Origin: Sandaracinaceae bacterium
GTDB taxonomy: Bacteria > Myxococcota_A > Polyangia > Polyangiales > JAFGIB01
Direction: 5' to 3'
Assembly (NCBI GenBank): GCA_017881055.1
Contig: JADGRF010000120.1
Span: 489-64,488 of the forward strand
DNA: 64,000 bases
Part shown: piece after piece, positions 18,506-25,845 of the stretch
Layout: each line of letters starts with the position of its first letter
How positions within the stretch are numbered: the first letter of the stretch is position 1
Program-made: the position numbers and the translations under genes
Notes under the pieces: generated by a model
Database searches by the model: none
The model's input: the letters and a program-made list of their open reading frames with translations, nothing else
Told to the model about the DNA's origin: nothing

Positions 18506-18682
18506 GCGGCAGTCTCGCCTTGACGCGTTCGCCGCGTCCGTCACCAGTTTCCATCTCACGTGCTCGGTTTCGCTCCGGTTGGAGCAGGGGCGCGCCAATC
18601 CCATTTTCGAATTTTCGTTTCTAAACCCAACTCGACGCCCTGGTTCGCGCAACGCGCGGGCGAGGGCGGAGGAGACACTGTC

Positions 18683-20719
18683 ATGAGTAAAGGTTCTGCA
18701 CTCGTATCGATACTGTTCGCGTTCTTTTGCGGCGTAGTGATCGGCAACATCACTTCGCACGGCAACAAGGGCGAAGAAACCACGGCCGACAACGCCGCAG
18801 CGGCGCCCGATGCCAAAGCCGGCGCCAATGCCAATGCCAAGCCCGCCGACGACGGCATCGAGCGCTACAAGGTGCCCGTCACCGCAGCGCAGCCGATCAA
18901 GGGTCCCGACGACGCGCTCGTCACGATCGTCGCCGTCAGCGACTTCCAGTGCCCGTTCTGTTCGCGCGTCGAGCCGACCGTCACGCAGATCCTGCAGGAC
19001 TACAAAGGCAAGGTCCGCGTGGTGTGGCGTAACAACCCGCTGCCGTTCCACCAGAACGCGCTGCCCGCCGCCGAGACCGCGATGGAAGCGATGGCGCAGG
19101 GTGGCAGCGCCAAGTTCTGGGCGATGCACGACAAGCTGTTCGCGAACCAGCAGGCGATCGAGCGCACGAACCTCGAGGCCTACGCGCAAGAGCTGGGTCT
19201 CGACGTGAACAAGCTCAAGACCGCGCTCGACACGCACACGCACAAGGCGCAGATCGAAGCCGACCAGCAGCTGGCGGCGAAGCTCGGCGCGCGTGGCACG
19301 CCGGCGTTCTTCATCAACGGACGTCCGCTCTCGGGCGCACAGCCGATCGACGCGTTCAAGAGCATCATCGACGACGAACTCAAGCGCGCCGACAAGCTCG
19401 TGAAGAGCGGCGTGGCGAAGAACCAGGTGTACGCGGCGTTGACCAAGGACGCGCTCACGGCGGCCAAGGCCCCCGATGCAGCTGCTCAGGCGCCGCAGGC
19501 GCGTCGTCAGCCGGACGCGAAGGCCGTCTACAAGGTTCCCGTCGGCGACTCGCCGTCCAAGGGCCCGAACGATGCCTTGGTGACGATCATCGAGTTCAGC
19601 GACTTCCAGTGCCCGTTCTGCTCGCGCGTCGAGCCGACGATCAAGCAGATCACGGACACGTACGGCAAGGACGTGCGCTTCGTGTTTCGCGAGAACCCGC
19701 TGCCGTTCCATCAGAACGCCGGCCCCGCGGCGGAAGCGGCCTTGGCCGCCAACGACGAAGGCAAGTTCTGGCCGATGCACGACAAGCTGTACGCGAACCA
19801 GCAGGCGATCGCGCGTGAGAACCTCGAGGCGTACGCGAAGGAGCTCGGTCTCAACATGACCAAGTTCAAGGCGGCGCTCGACACCAACAAGCACAAGGCC
19901 GTGATCGACGGCGACCAGCAGGTCGCGCGCTCGCTCGGCGCAGCTGGAACGCCCTCGTTCTTCATCAACGGTCGCAGCCTGCGTGGTGCGCAGCCGTTCG
20001 AGGCCTTCAAGGCCGTGATCGACGAAGAGCTCGCGAAAGCGAAGGCCATGGTCGCGGCGGGCACGCCCAAGGGCCAGCTCTACGCGAAGATCATCGAGAA
20101 CGGTGCGACCGAGCCGAAGTTCATCGATGCCCCGAACGCGCCGTCGCCGGCTGCGCAGCCCGAGCCGAGCGCGGACAAGGTCTACCAGATCCCCGTGGCG
20201 GCGAAGTCGCCGGTCAAGGGCGCCGCGAACGCGAAGGTCACCATCTACCAGTTCAGCGACTTCCAGTGCCCGTTCTGCTCGCGCGTCGAGCCGACGGTCA
20301 AGCAGGTCATGGACACGTACGCCGGCAAGGTGAAGTTCATCTGGCGCAACTATCCGCTGCCGTTCCACCAGAACGCGATGCCCGCGGCCGAAGCCGCCTG
20401 GGAAGTGTTCGAGCAGGGCGGTTCGGACAAGTTCTGGAAGATGCACGAGCTCATGTTCAGCAACCAGCAGGCGCTCTCGCGCGAGGACCTCGAGAAGTAC
20501 GCCGGTCAAGTTGGCGGCATCAACATGGCGAAGCTCAAGGCCGCGCTCGACACCAACAAGCACAAAGCCACCATCCAGGCCGACATCGACGCCGTGACGA
20601 AAGCCGGCGCGCAGATCGGTACGCCGTCGTTCTTCATCAACGGCAAGCTGCTGCAGGGCGCCCAGCCGTTCGAGGCCTTCAAGGCCGCGATCGACAAGGC
20701 GATTGCCGAAGCGAAGTGA
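18683..20719 (+). CDS. Membrane-anchored thiol:disulfide oxidoreductase with three tandem DsbA-like domains
   Basis: ATG 18683 after GGAGGAG (18669-18675). N-terminal TM segment (ALVSILFAFFCGVVIG). SDFQCPFCSRVEPT occurs three times, with Cys codons at 18950, 19610 and 20267 (spacing 660 and 657 nt). Confidence 0.85.
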   Translation: MSKGSALVSILFAFFCGVVIGNITSHGNKGEETTADNAAAAPDAKAGANANAKPADDGIERYKVPVTAAQPIKGPDDALVTIVAVSDFQCPFCSRVEPTVTQILQDYKGKVRVVWRNNPLPFHQNALPAAETAMEAMAQGGSAKFWAMHDKLFANQQAIERTNLEAYAQELGLDVNKLKTALDTHTHKAQIEADQQLAAKLGARGTPAFFINGRPLSGAQPIDAFKSIIDDELKRADKLVKSGVAKNQVYAALTKDALTAAKAPDAAAQAPQARRQPDAKAVYKVPVGDSPSKGPNDALVTIIEFSDFQCPFCSRVEPTIKQITDTYGKDVRFVFRENPLPFHQNAGPAAEAALAANDEGKFWPMHDKLYANQQAIARENLEAYAKELGLNMTKFKAALDTNKHKAVIDGDQQVARSLGAAGTPSFFINGRSLRGAQPFEAFKAVIDEELAKAKAMVAAGTPKGQLYAKIIENGATEPKFIDAPNAPSPAAQPEPSADKVYQIPVAAKSPVKGAANAKVTIYQFSDFQCPFCSRVEPTVKQVMDTYAGKVKFIWRNYPLPFHQNAMPAAEAAWEVFEQGGSDKFWKMHELMFSNQQALSREDLEKYAGQVGGINMAKLKAALDTNKHKATIQADIDAVTKAGAQIGTPSFFINGKLLQGAQPFEAFKAAIDKAIAEAK

Positions 20720-20746
20720 GCCAAACCAGCTGACGGGCCCGTGGGC

Positions 20747-20824
20747 GCCAGCCCACGGAGAACCCAAGCCGCGCCAGCCCACGGAGAACCCAAGCCGCGC
20801 CAGCCCACGGAGAACCCAAGCCGC
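20747..20824. repeat. 3 x 26-bp perfect tandem repeat (GCCAGCCCACGGAGAACCCAAGCCGC)
   Basis: Units at 20747-20772, 20773-20798 and 20799-20824, starting 28 nt after the dsbA-like stop. A degenerate fourth copy follows. Confidence 0.95.
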
Positions 20825-20862
20825 GTTAGAACCCAAGCGGGCGTGAGCCCGCGCAAAACCCT

Positions 20863-20894
20863 CAGCGGGGGATCTGGAAACGGATCCCCCGCTG
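20863..20894. terminator. Bidirectional intrinsic-terminator-like hairpin between convergent genes
   Basis: Perfect 12-bp stem CAGCGGGGGATC / GATCCCCCGCTG with an 8-nt loop. Followed by TTCATTT on the plus strand and GGGTTTTG on the minus strand. Confidence 0.7.
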
Positions 20895-20970
20895 TTCATT
20901 TAAGGCGCATCGAAACGCGCTGCCGGCGGAGGGGCGGCGGAGCGCGGCGTCACGAGCTCGACACCCGCGC

Positions 20971-21744
20971 TCAACCCGACATCTCGTCGAGCGCGCGCTG
21001 CATGCTCCGCTGAATGCACAGCGCGGCGACAGCTGCGTCTTCGCGTGGGGAAACGTGCACGGCTGGCAGGATGCGCAGCCGCACCGGGAAGGGCAGCGGC
21101 AGATAGGGCAACCAAGGTCCGAGCGCCAGGCCCCACGGCAGCGCGAGCGCGAGAGGGAAACGTTCGAGCCGGGCCCAGCGCCGCATGCCGAGCCTACGAG
21201 CGATGCCCCGGCCTTCGCAGAAGATGTACGCGCTGCGATGCGCGCCAGCTGCCACGATTGGCACGATCGGGACGCCATTGGCCTGCGCCACTTCGACGAA
21301 CCCGCGGCGGGGCGAGATCACGACTTCGTTGCGCCGATGAAAGCCGCGATACGCGTCGAGATCGCCGCCCGGATACACCAGCACCTGACCGCCGCTCGCG
21401 AGCACGCGGTTGGCGTTGGCGCGACTCGCGGAGATCGCGCCGACCTTTTGCAGCAGGCGACCGAGCGGCGTGAGCTTCCGCATCGCGAAGTCGTGCGCCA
21501 ACACGAACAGCGGGCTCTCGGGTGTGAGCGTGCGCCACAGCACGGGCAACGTGCAGAACAGATCGGGCCCCATGATGCCGCCGTTGTGATTGGCCACGAA
21601 CATGCTCGGTCCGCGCTCCAGGTGCTCCGTGCCCTCCCACTGCAAGCGAAAGTAGCTGGCATTGAAGAGCTCCAGAGCTGGCAGGAGCCGCGCGATGAAC
21701 GCCGGGTCGCGACGGTCGAGCGCATCGGGCTGATACGCCGTCAT
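20971..21744 (-). CDS. PlsC-superfamily acyltransferase (MGAT/DGAT-like LPLAT flavour)
   Basis: Start at ATG 21744, overlapping the upstream stop as ATGA. FVANHNGGIMGPD and VLVYPGGDLDAY replace the classic H(X)4D and FPEG motifs. Confidence 0.75.
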   Translation of the reverse strand: MTAYQPDALDRRDPAFIARLLPALELFNASYFRLQWEGTEHLERGPSMFVANHNGGIMGPDLFCTLPVLWRTLTPESPLFVLAHDFAMRKLTPLGRLLQKVGAISASRANANRVLASGGQVLVYPGGDLDAYRGFHRRNEVVISPRRGFVEVAQANGVPIVPIVAAGAHRSAYIFCEGRGIARRLGMRRWARLERFPLALALPWGLALGPWLPYLPLPFPVRLRILPAVHVSPREDAAVAALCIQRSMQRALDEMSG

Positions 21745-22520
21745 GCCAGCTGCGGCATCTTTCGGGCGTAGCCGGTGTACGCGAGCAGAGTGGAAGGCGA
21801 GAACGTGAACTCGAAGTCCTTGGGCACGCTGCCGGTGCGCAGCATCTCGAGGAACGGCGCTCCGAGCTTGGGTCGTGAGCCCAGCAACTGCACCGTGTGC
21901 AGTCGATGAAGCCGACACATGGCGGTCACTTCCTCGGGCTTCAGAAACAAGCGCAGGACGTGCATGTCGGCTGGCGTGTTCTTCACGAACCACTCCACAC
22001 CTTTGATCACGACCAGCCACGACAACCAGTTGCGATTGAAGGTGTGGAAGAAGAACAGCCCGGACGGCGCCAGCACGCGCGCGGCCTCGGCGATGGCGCG
22101 TCCGGGGTCTTCCACGTGCTCGAGGAAGTCCATCGCGCAGACCACGTCGAACGCGCCGTCCTCGTAGGGCAGAGCGAGCGCGTCGCCCTGGTCGTAATGC
22201 ACGCTGTGCGATGCGTCGTACTCACGCGCCACCGCCAGGCTGTCCTCGGCAGAGTCGAGACCGGTGACTCGGTGTCCGAGCTTGGCCAGGTGGTTGGTCA
22301 AGAAGCCGCCGCCACAACCGATGTCCAACACGGAGCAGGGACGTGGGCAGAGCGCAGTGCCAATCGTTTGCGCCAGCCACGGATTGCGCAGGCGGGCCTC
22401 GGCGCGCAACAAGGCGACGGGGTCATCGCTGGCTTCGTACCAGCGCGCGCCGAGCGTCGAGTAGATGTCGTTGTTCACAGGTCGGTGGGCTTTTGCGGCT
22501 GTTTCCAAAATACGCTCCAA
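21741..22520 (-). CDS. Class I SAM-dependent methyltransferase (UbiG-like)
   Basis: Motif I VLDIGCGGGFLTNHLA. DVVCAMDFLEHVEDP. 259 aa. Confidence 0.85.
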   Translation of the reverse strand: MERILETAAKAHRPVNNDIYSTLGARWYEASDDPVALLRAEARLRNPWLAQTIGTALCPRPCSVLDIGCGGGFLTNHLAKLGHRVTGLDSAEDSLAVAREYDASHSVHYDQGDALALPYEDGAFDVVCAMDFLEHVEDPGRAIAEAARVLAPSGLFFFHTFNRNWLSWLVVIKGVEWFVKNTPADMHVLRLFLKPEEVTAMCRLHRLHTVQLLGSRPKLGAPFLEMLRTGSVPKDFEFTFSPSTLLAYTGYARKMPQLA

Positions 22521-22572
22521 TGCATCAACTTGGTAGCTCGCTCAGCGCGGGCGCGGCCAGCAAGGCTAGCAT

Positions 22573-23751
22573 TTACGCCTTTCGAAACAGCCCACCGCAC
22601 ACGGTGAGGCCGGGGCCGAACGCCAAGCTGACGATCAGCGCACCCGGTGCGATGGCCTGGTCGTCGATCAGGCGCTGCCAGATGTGCGGCAACGTGGCTG
22701 ACGACATGTTGCCGTGGTCGAACAGTACGTCGCGGCTGGTTTGCAGCTGCGCGTCGGTGAGCTCGAGCATGTCGCGTACGCCGTCGAGGATGCGCGGGCC
22801 GCCGGGATGGACGGCGAACACGCTGCTCGGAAGCGACGCGAGCGTCATCCCCGCCCGCGCGTAGAGGCCCGTCACGAAGTCGCGTAGCGACGCCGCGATC
22901 CGCTGCGGCACATCGCGCGCGAGGGTCATGCGCATGCCGGCGTCGGACACGGTCCAGCTCATCGCGTCCGCCGAGTCCGGCAGCAACGCCTCGCTGATCG
23001 CCAAGACCTGCAGACCGCGGGCCCGCTCACCGAGCCTTGCTCGGTAACGAATGAAGCCGTCGGCGAACAAGCTCTGCACCACGAGCTGCTCGAGCGCGTG
23101 GTTGCTGGGATCCATGTGCAGCGAGCACAGCTCGGTGTGGACGATGTCGACGCACGCGTCGGACGCCAGCGAGGCCGCGATGGCCGGTGGCGCGTGTAAG
23201 AAGCCGGCGGCCACGCGCAGGGCCGGAAACGCTGCGTAGCAGCCCATCTGATAGGCGTGCGTGACGCGCGTGCGCGTTCCCCAGCCCTTGTCGGCGACCA
23301 GCCTTTGCGCGCCGCTCGGCGAGCTGTATCCCGTACAGGTCACGTGGATCAGGTCGCCAGGCGGCGCGTCCTCTCTCGCGTACTCGGCGGCAAAATAGTC
23401 CGAGACGATCTCATCGAAGACGCGTGCACGTGCCGCCGTGCCTTGGCCGCGCGGGTCGTGCAAGACGTCGTAGATCGCCAGCTCCTGCCAGTCGGTGCGA
23501 CCGACATCCGACAGCACATGGCCCCGCTTGGAGATCGTGTCCGGCCCGCAGGCGCAGCGCTCGATCACCTTGCGGATGCGCTCCTCGAACGCGCGCGCGC
23601 CTGCGGCATCGAGCTGTCGCGCGGTGGTTTCGGCGGCGGCATGCGCCTGCGCCAGCCAAACCAGCGAGCGACTCTGCTCGATCTCGTGCTGCGCGGGCTG
23701 CATCGAGAAGTCGCTCAGGGTCAGGCTTGCAGGCACGTGCTTGGAATGCAT
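22573..23751 (-). CDS. Type III polyketide synthase (chalcone-synthase superfamily)
   Basis: Catalytic contexts HVTCTGYSSPS (Cys), FAVHPGGPRIL (His) and GNMSSATLPHIW (Asn). I chose ATG 23751 (MHSKHVPASLTLSDF...). Confidence 0.9.
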   Translation of the reverse strand: MHSKHVPASLTLSDFSMQPAQHEIEQSRSLVWLAQAHAAAETTARQLDAAGARAFEERIRKVIERCACGPDTISKRGHVLSDVGRTDWQELAIYDVLHDPRGQGTAARARVFDEIVSDYFAAEYAREDAPPGDLIHVTCTGYSSPSGAQRLVADKGWGTRTRVTHAYQMGCYAAFPALRVAAGFLHAPPAIAASLASDACVDIVHTELCSLHMDPSNHALEQLVVQSLFADGFIRYRARLGERARGLQVLAISEALLPDSADAMSWTVSDAGMRMTLARDVPQRIAASLRDFVTGLYARAGMTLASLPSSVFAVHPGGPRILDGVRDMLELTDAQLQTSRDVLFDHGNMSSATLPHIWQRLIDDQAIAPGALIVSLAFGPGLTVCGGLFRKA

Positions 23752-23764
23752 AGTCGGAGTACAG

Positions 23765-23780
23765 AGCAAAATCCGGGCCA
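23765..23780 (-). promoter_or_regulatory. Sigma-54-type -24/-12 element TGGCCCGGATTTTGCT upstream of the PKS operon
   Basis: GG-N10-GC spacing is exact. TTGC at -12. The C of GC is 15 nt from the ATG. 15 of 16 positions match the element at 25535-25550. Confidence 0.45.
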
Positions 23781-23994
23781 GCACGGCCGGCTTGAATCTA
23801 CGGCCTGCGTCAGCACCCCGCGCAGGCAAGCGAGCTTGCGGCGCAAGACTGCCCCGGGGCAGAACAGCCCAAGCCCCGCGCAGCTGACGGTCTGCTGGGC
23901 AGCCGAGGGTTCGTCGCGCAGCAAGATGGCGCCGATCCCAACTCCGGCATCGCCGGTGCGCCCGAAGGTCTTAGGCAGGGTCCTACGCAGGGTC

Positions 23995-24213
23995 TTACGC
24001 AGCGCTGGCTTGTCGTTTGGGCAGTTGCTTGGATTTGAGCTCCAGCATCTTGCCGCCCAGCTCACAACGCACGTCTAGCGACAGCACTCTTCGCGCCTTC
24101 GGAAACATCTCTTCTTCTTCTTCATCGGCGTGATGCGTCACCAGCTCCTTGAGAACCTTGGCTTTGCCGCCGAAACTTGGTGATTTGCTCACGACGACGG
24201 CTCGCGGGCACAT
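23995..24213 (-). pseudogene. Hemerythrin/HHE-domain-like C-terminal fragment (truncated gene or remnant)
   Basis: 72-aa ORF. KVLKELVTHHADEEEEEMFPKARR resembles the second His/Glu helix pair of HHE domains. The N-terminal half is missing, with an in-frame TGA two codons upstream of the ATG. The start lies inside a 16-bp inverted repeat. Confidence 0.35.
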
Positions 24214-24244
24214 CGCTTTTCAGCCACATGCCCGCGAGCCGTCG
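24195..24244 (-). terminator. Perfect 16-bp inverted repeat (CGACGGCTCGCGGGCA ... TGCCCGCGAGCCGTCG), 18-nt loop, 13 nt after the stop of gene 24258-24794
   Basis: Arms at 24195-24210 and 24229-24244. No U-tract, so terminator function is not proven. Confidence 0.45.
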
Positions 24245-24257
24245 ATGCAGCTCAATC

Positions 24258-24794
24258 TCAATGAGTCTTCTTTTCCTTTGGCACCGAAGTTTCAGTGGTC
24301 GTGACGATGTCGTGCGCGCCCTCGCGCTCCAGCACCGATGCGACCGTCTTGCGCGCATCCGCGTCGGCGGTGTGAACGGCGATCAGAATATTGCCGCCTG
24401 CGATCTTGCCCTCGTACCGCTTGGCTTCGATTTCGGGAATGCCCATTCCGACCAGAGCACCCGTGATGCCGCCGACGGCAGCGCCAGTCGCAGCACCGCT
24501 GAGTGCAGCCAACAGCGGCCCCGCAGCAATCAGCGGACCCAATCCCGGAATCGCGAGCGCACCGACGCCGACCGCCAGCCCTAGTGCACCGCCTGCCACG
24601 CCACCGGCACTCGCCCCGGCAACGGCTCCTTCCGGAGCCTTCGTATGGTGTTCGTGCGCGAAGTCCTTCGTACCTGCCTTGTCCGGCAACAGCACGGAGA
24701 TCTCGGAGGTGCCTACACCTGCGGCCCGCAAGCTGTTCAGAATCTGCTCCGCCCGCAGCTGCGTATCGACGATGCCCATTACTGATTTTTCCAT
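24258..24794 (-). CDS. General-stress-type protein (YflT/GSP17M-like N-domain plus glycine-zipper membrane segment)
   Basis: I prefer ATG 24794, preceded by AGGGAG. Gly/Ala zipper GASAGGVAGGALGLAVGVGALAIPGLGPLIAAG. C-terminal GIPEIEAKRYEGKIAGGNILIAVH. Confidence 0.7.
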   Translation of the reverse strand: MEKSVMGIVDTQLRAEQILNSLRAAGVGTSEISVLLPDKAGTKDFAHEHHTKAPEGAVAGASAGGVAGGALGLAVGVGALAIPGLGPLIAAGPLLAALSGAATGAAVGGITGALVGMGIPEIEAKRYEGKIAGGNILIAVHTADADARKTVASVLEREGAHDIVTTTETSVPKEKKTH

Positions 24795-24817
24795 GTCTTG
24801 TGTCTCCCTCTTTTGGT

Positions 24818-25447
24818 TCACTTCGAAACTTCGATTTGGTTGTTCACGTGCTCAGCTCCCGCCACGCTCTTGGCTTTGCCTTCGATCGCGGTCCGCTCGT
24901 GCTCATCGTTCACCGGGCCGCGCAACGTGACACTTCCGTTCAAGGTGATGATCTTCACGTTCTTCGCGGTCATCGAGAGCGAGCCGTCCGCCATCACGGC
25001 TTTACGAATCCGCTGAGTGATGTCGATGTCACCTTTGCTGTTGCCTTGCTGCATCGGGGTGAGCGCCTGGGGACTGCGATCACGCACGTTGATGCCGGTG
25101 TTGTCGGCGTCGACGTTGTGGCTCTTGCTCGTGTCGCCCGTAGGTGTCCACGACGCGGACGGCGCCGGCACGGCGTCGCGCGCTGGCACCTTATCTCCAT
25201 CGTTGCCATTGATTCGGGTGTCGCTCCTCTCCTTCACCGTGCCGGATGAGTCTTCGGGAACGGCACCGACATCACCTTTGCTTTCGCGGACTTCAGCTGG
25301 CGTGGGTCGGGCCTCATGGCTCGCGCGCGCTTCGCTTTCGGAAGGCGTGACGCGATCGTTGGCCGATGCGGCGGGGGCCTCCGACGCGGTGGTGCTCGAG
25401 CACGCGGCGAGGAACGAGAGGATGACTGCGCTGGCAAGTTTCTTCAT
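24818..25447 (-). CDS. BON-domain lipoprotein (OsmY-like)
   Basis: ATG 25447 (MKKLASAVILSFLAACSS lipobox). C-terminal BON ITQRIRKAVMADGSLSMTAKNVKIITLNGSVTLRGPVNDEHERTAIE. Confidence 0.8.
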   Translation of the reverse strand: MKKLASAVILSFLAACSSTTASEAPAASANDRVTPSESEARASHEARPTPAEVRESKGDVGAVPEDSSGTVKERSDTRINGNDGDKVPARDAVPAPSASWTPTGDTSKSHNVDADNTGINVRDRSPQALTPMQQGNSKGDIDITQRIRKAVMADGSLSMTAKNVKIITLNGSVTLRGPVNDEHERTAIEGKAKSVAGAEHVNNQIEVSK

Positions 25448-25534
25448 GGGCTTTCTCCGGTGCGCAGCGCATCGAGGCGTACGCACGTCGTATGCGGCTC
25501 GTAGATCGATGCCGCGTGCTTCGCGGTCGCACGT

Positions 25535-25550
25535 CGCAAGATCCGGGCCA
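25535..25550 (-). promoter_or_regulatory. Sigma-54-type -24/-12 element TGGCCCGGATCTTGCG upstream of the BON/YflT-like operon
   Basis: Exact GG-N10-GC spacing. About 77-nt predicted leader. Near-identical to 23765-23780. Confidence 0.45.
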
Positions 25551-25845
25551 CCGAGAACTGCCGAAAGCGCGCGCATAACGCTCGGCAGACGCAGCAACAT
25601 CGCCCCACTGCGGATTCGTGTCTCGCCCGAAGCGCCTCAGCTTCCGCAACAGGGTGGAGTCCTGCGCGGAACGTGGAATGGCACGACGACTGCGATGAAT
25701 GCGCCGTGGAGGCACGACATGGGAACAACAAAACCAAAGGCGAATGACGGCCAGAGCGACGCACTGGACCGCGGTTGCTCGAGATCCGCAGGGATCGGGG
25801 CGCGCCGGTGTCACGGAGTCGTCGAGCCGAGACTCGGTTCGAGGC

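Noticed and set aside
17873-20899. 1,008-aa ORF on the minus strand
   Set aside because: It is antisense to the well-supported triple-DsbA gene. The composition is Arg/Leu/Asp/Glu-rich and low-complexity, typical of shadow ORFs in GC-rich DNA. It also runs through two intergenic repeat arrays.
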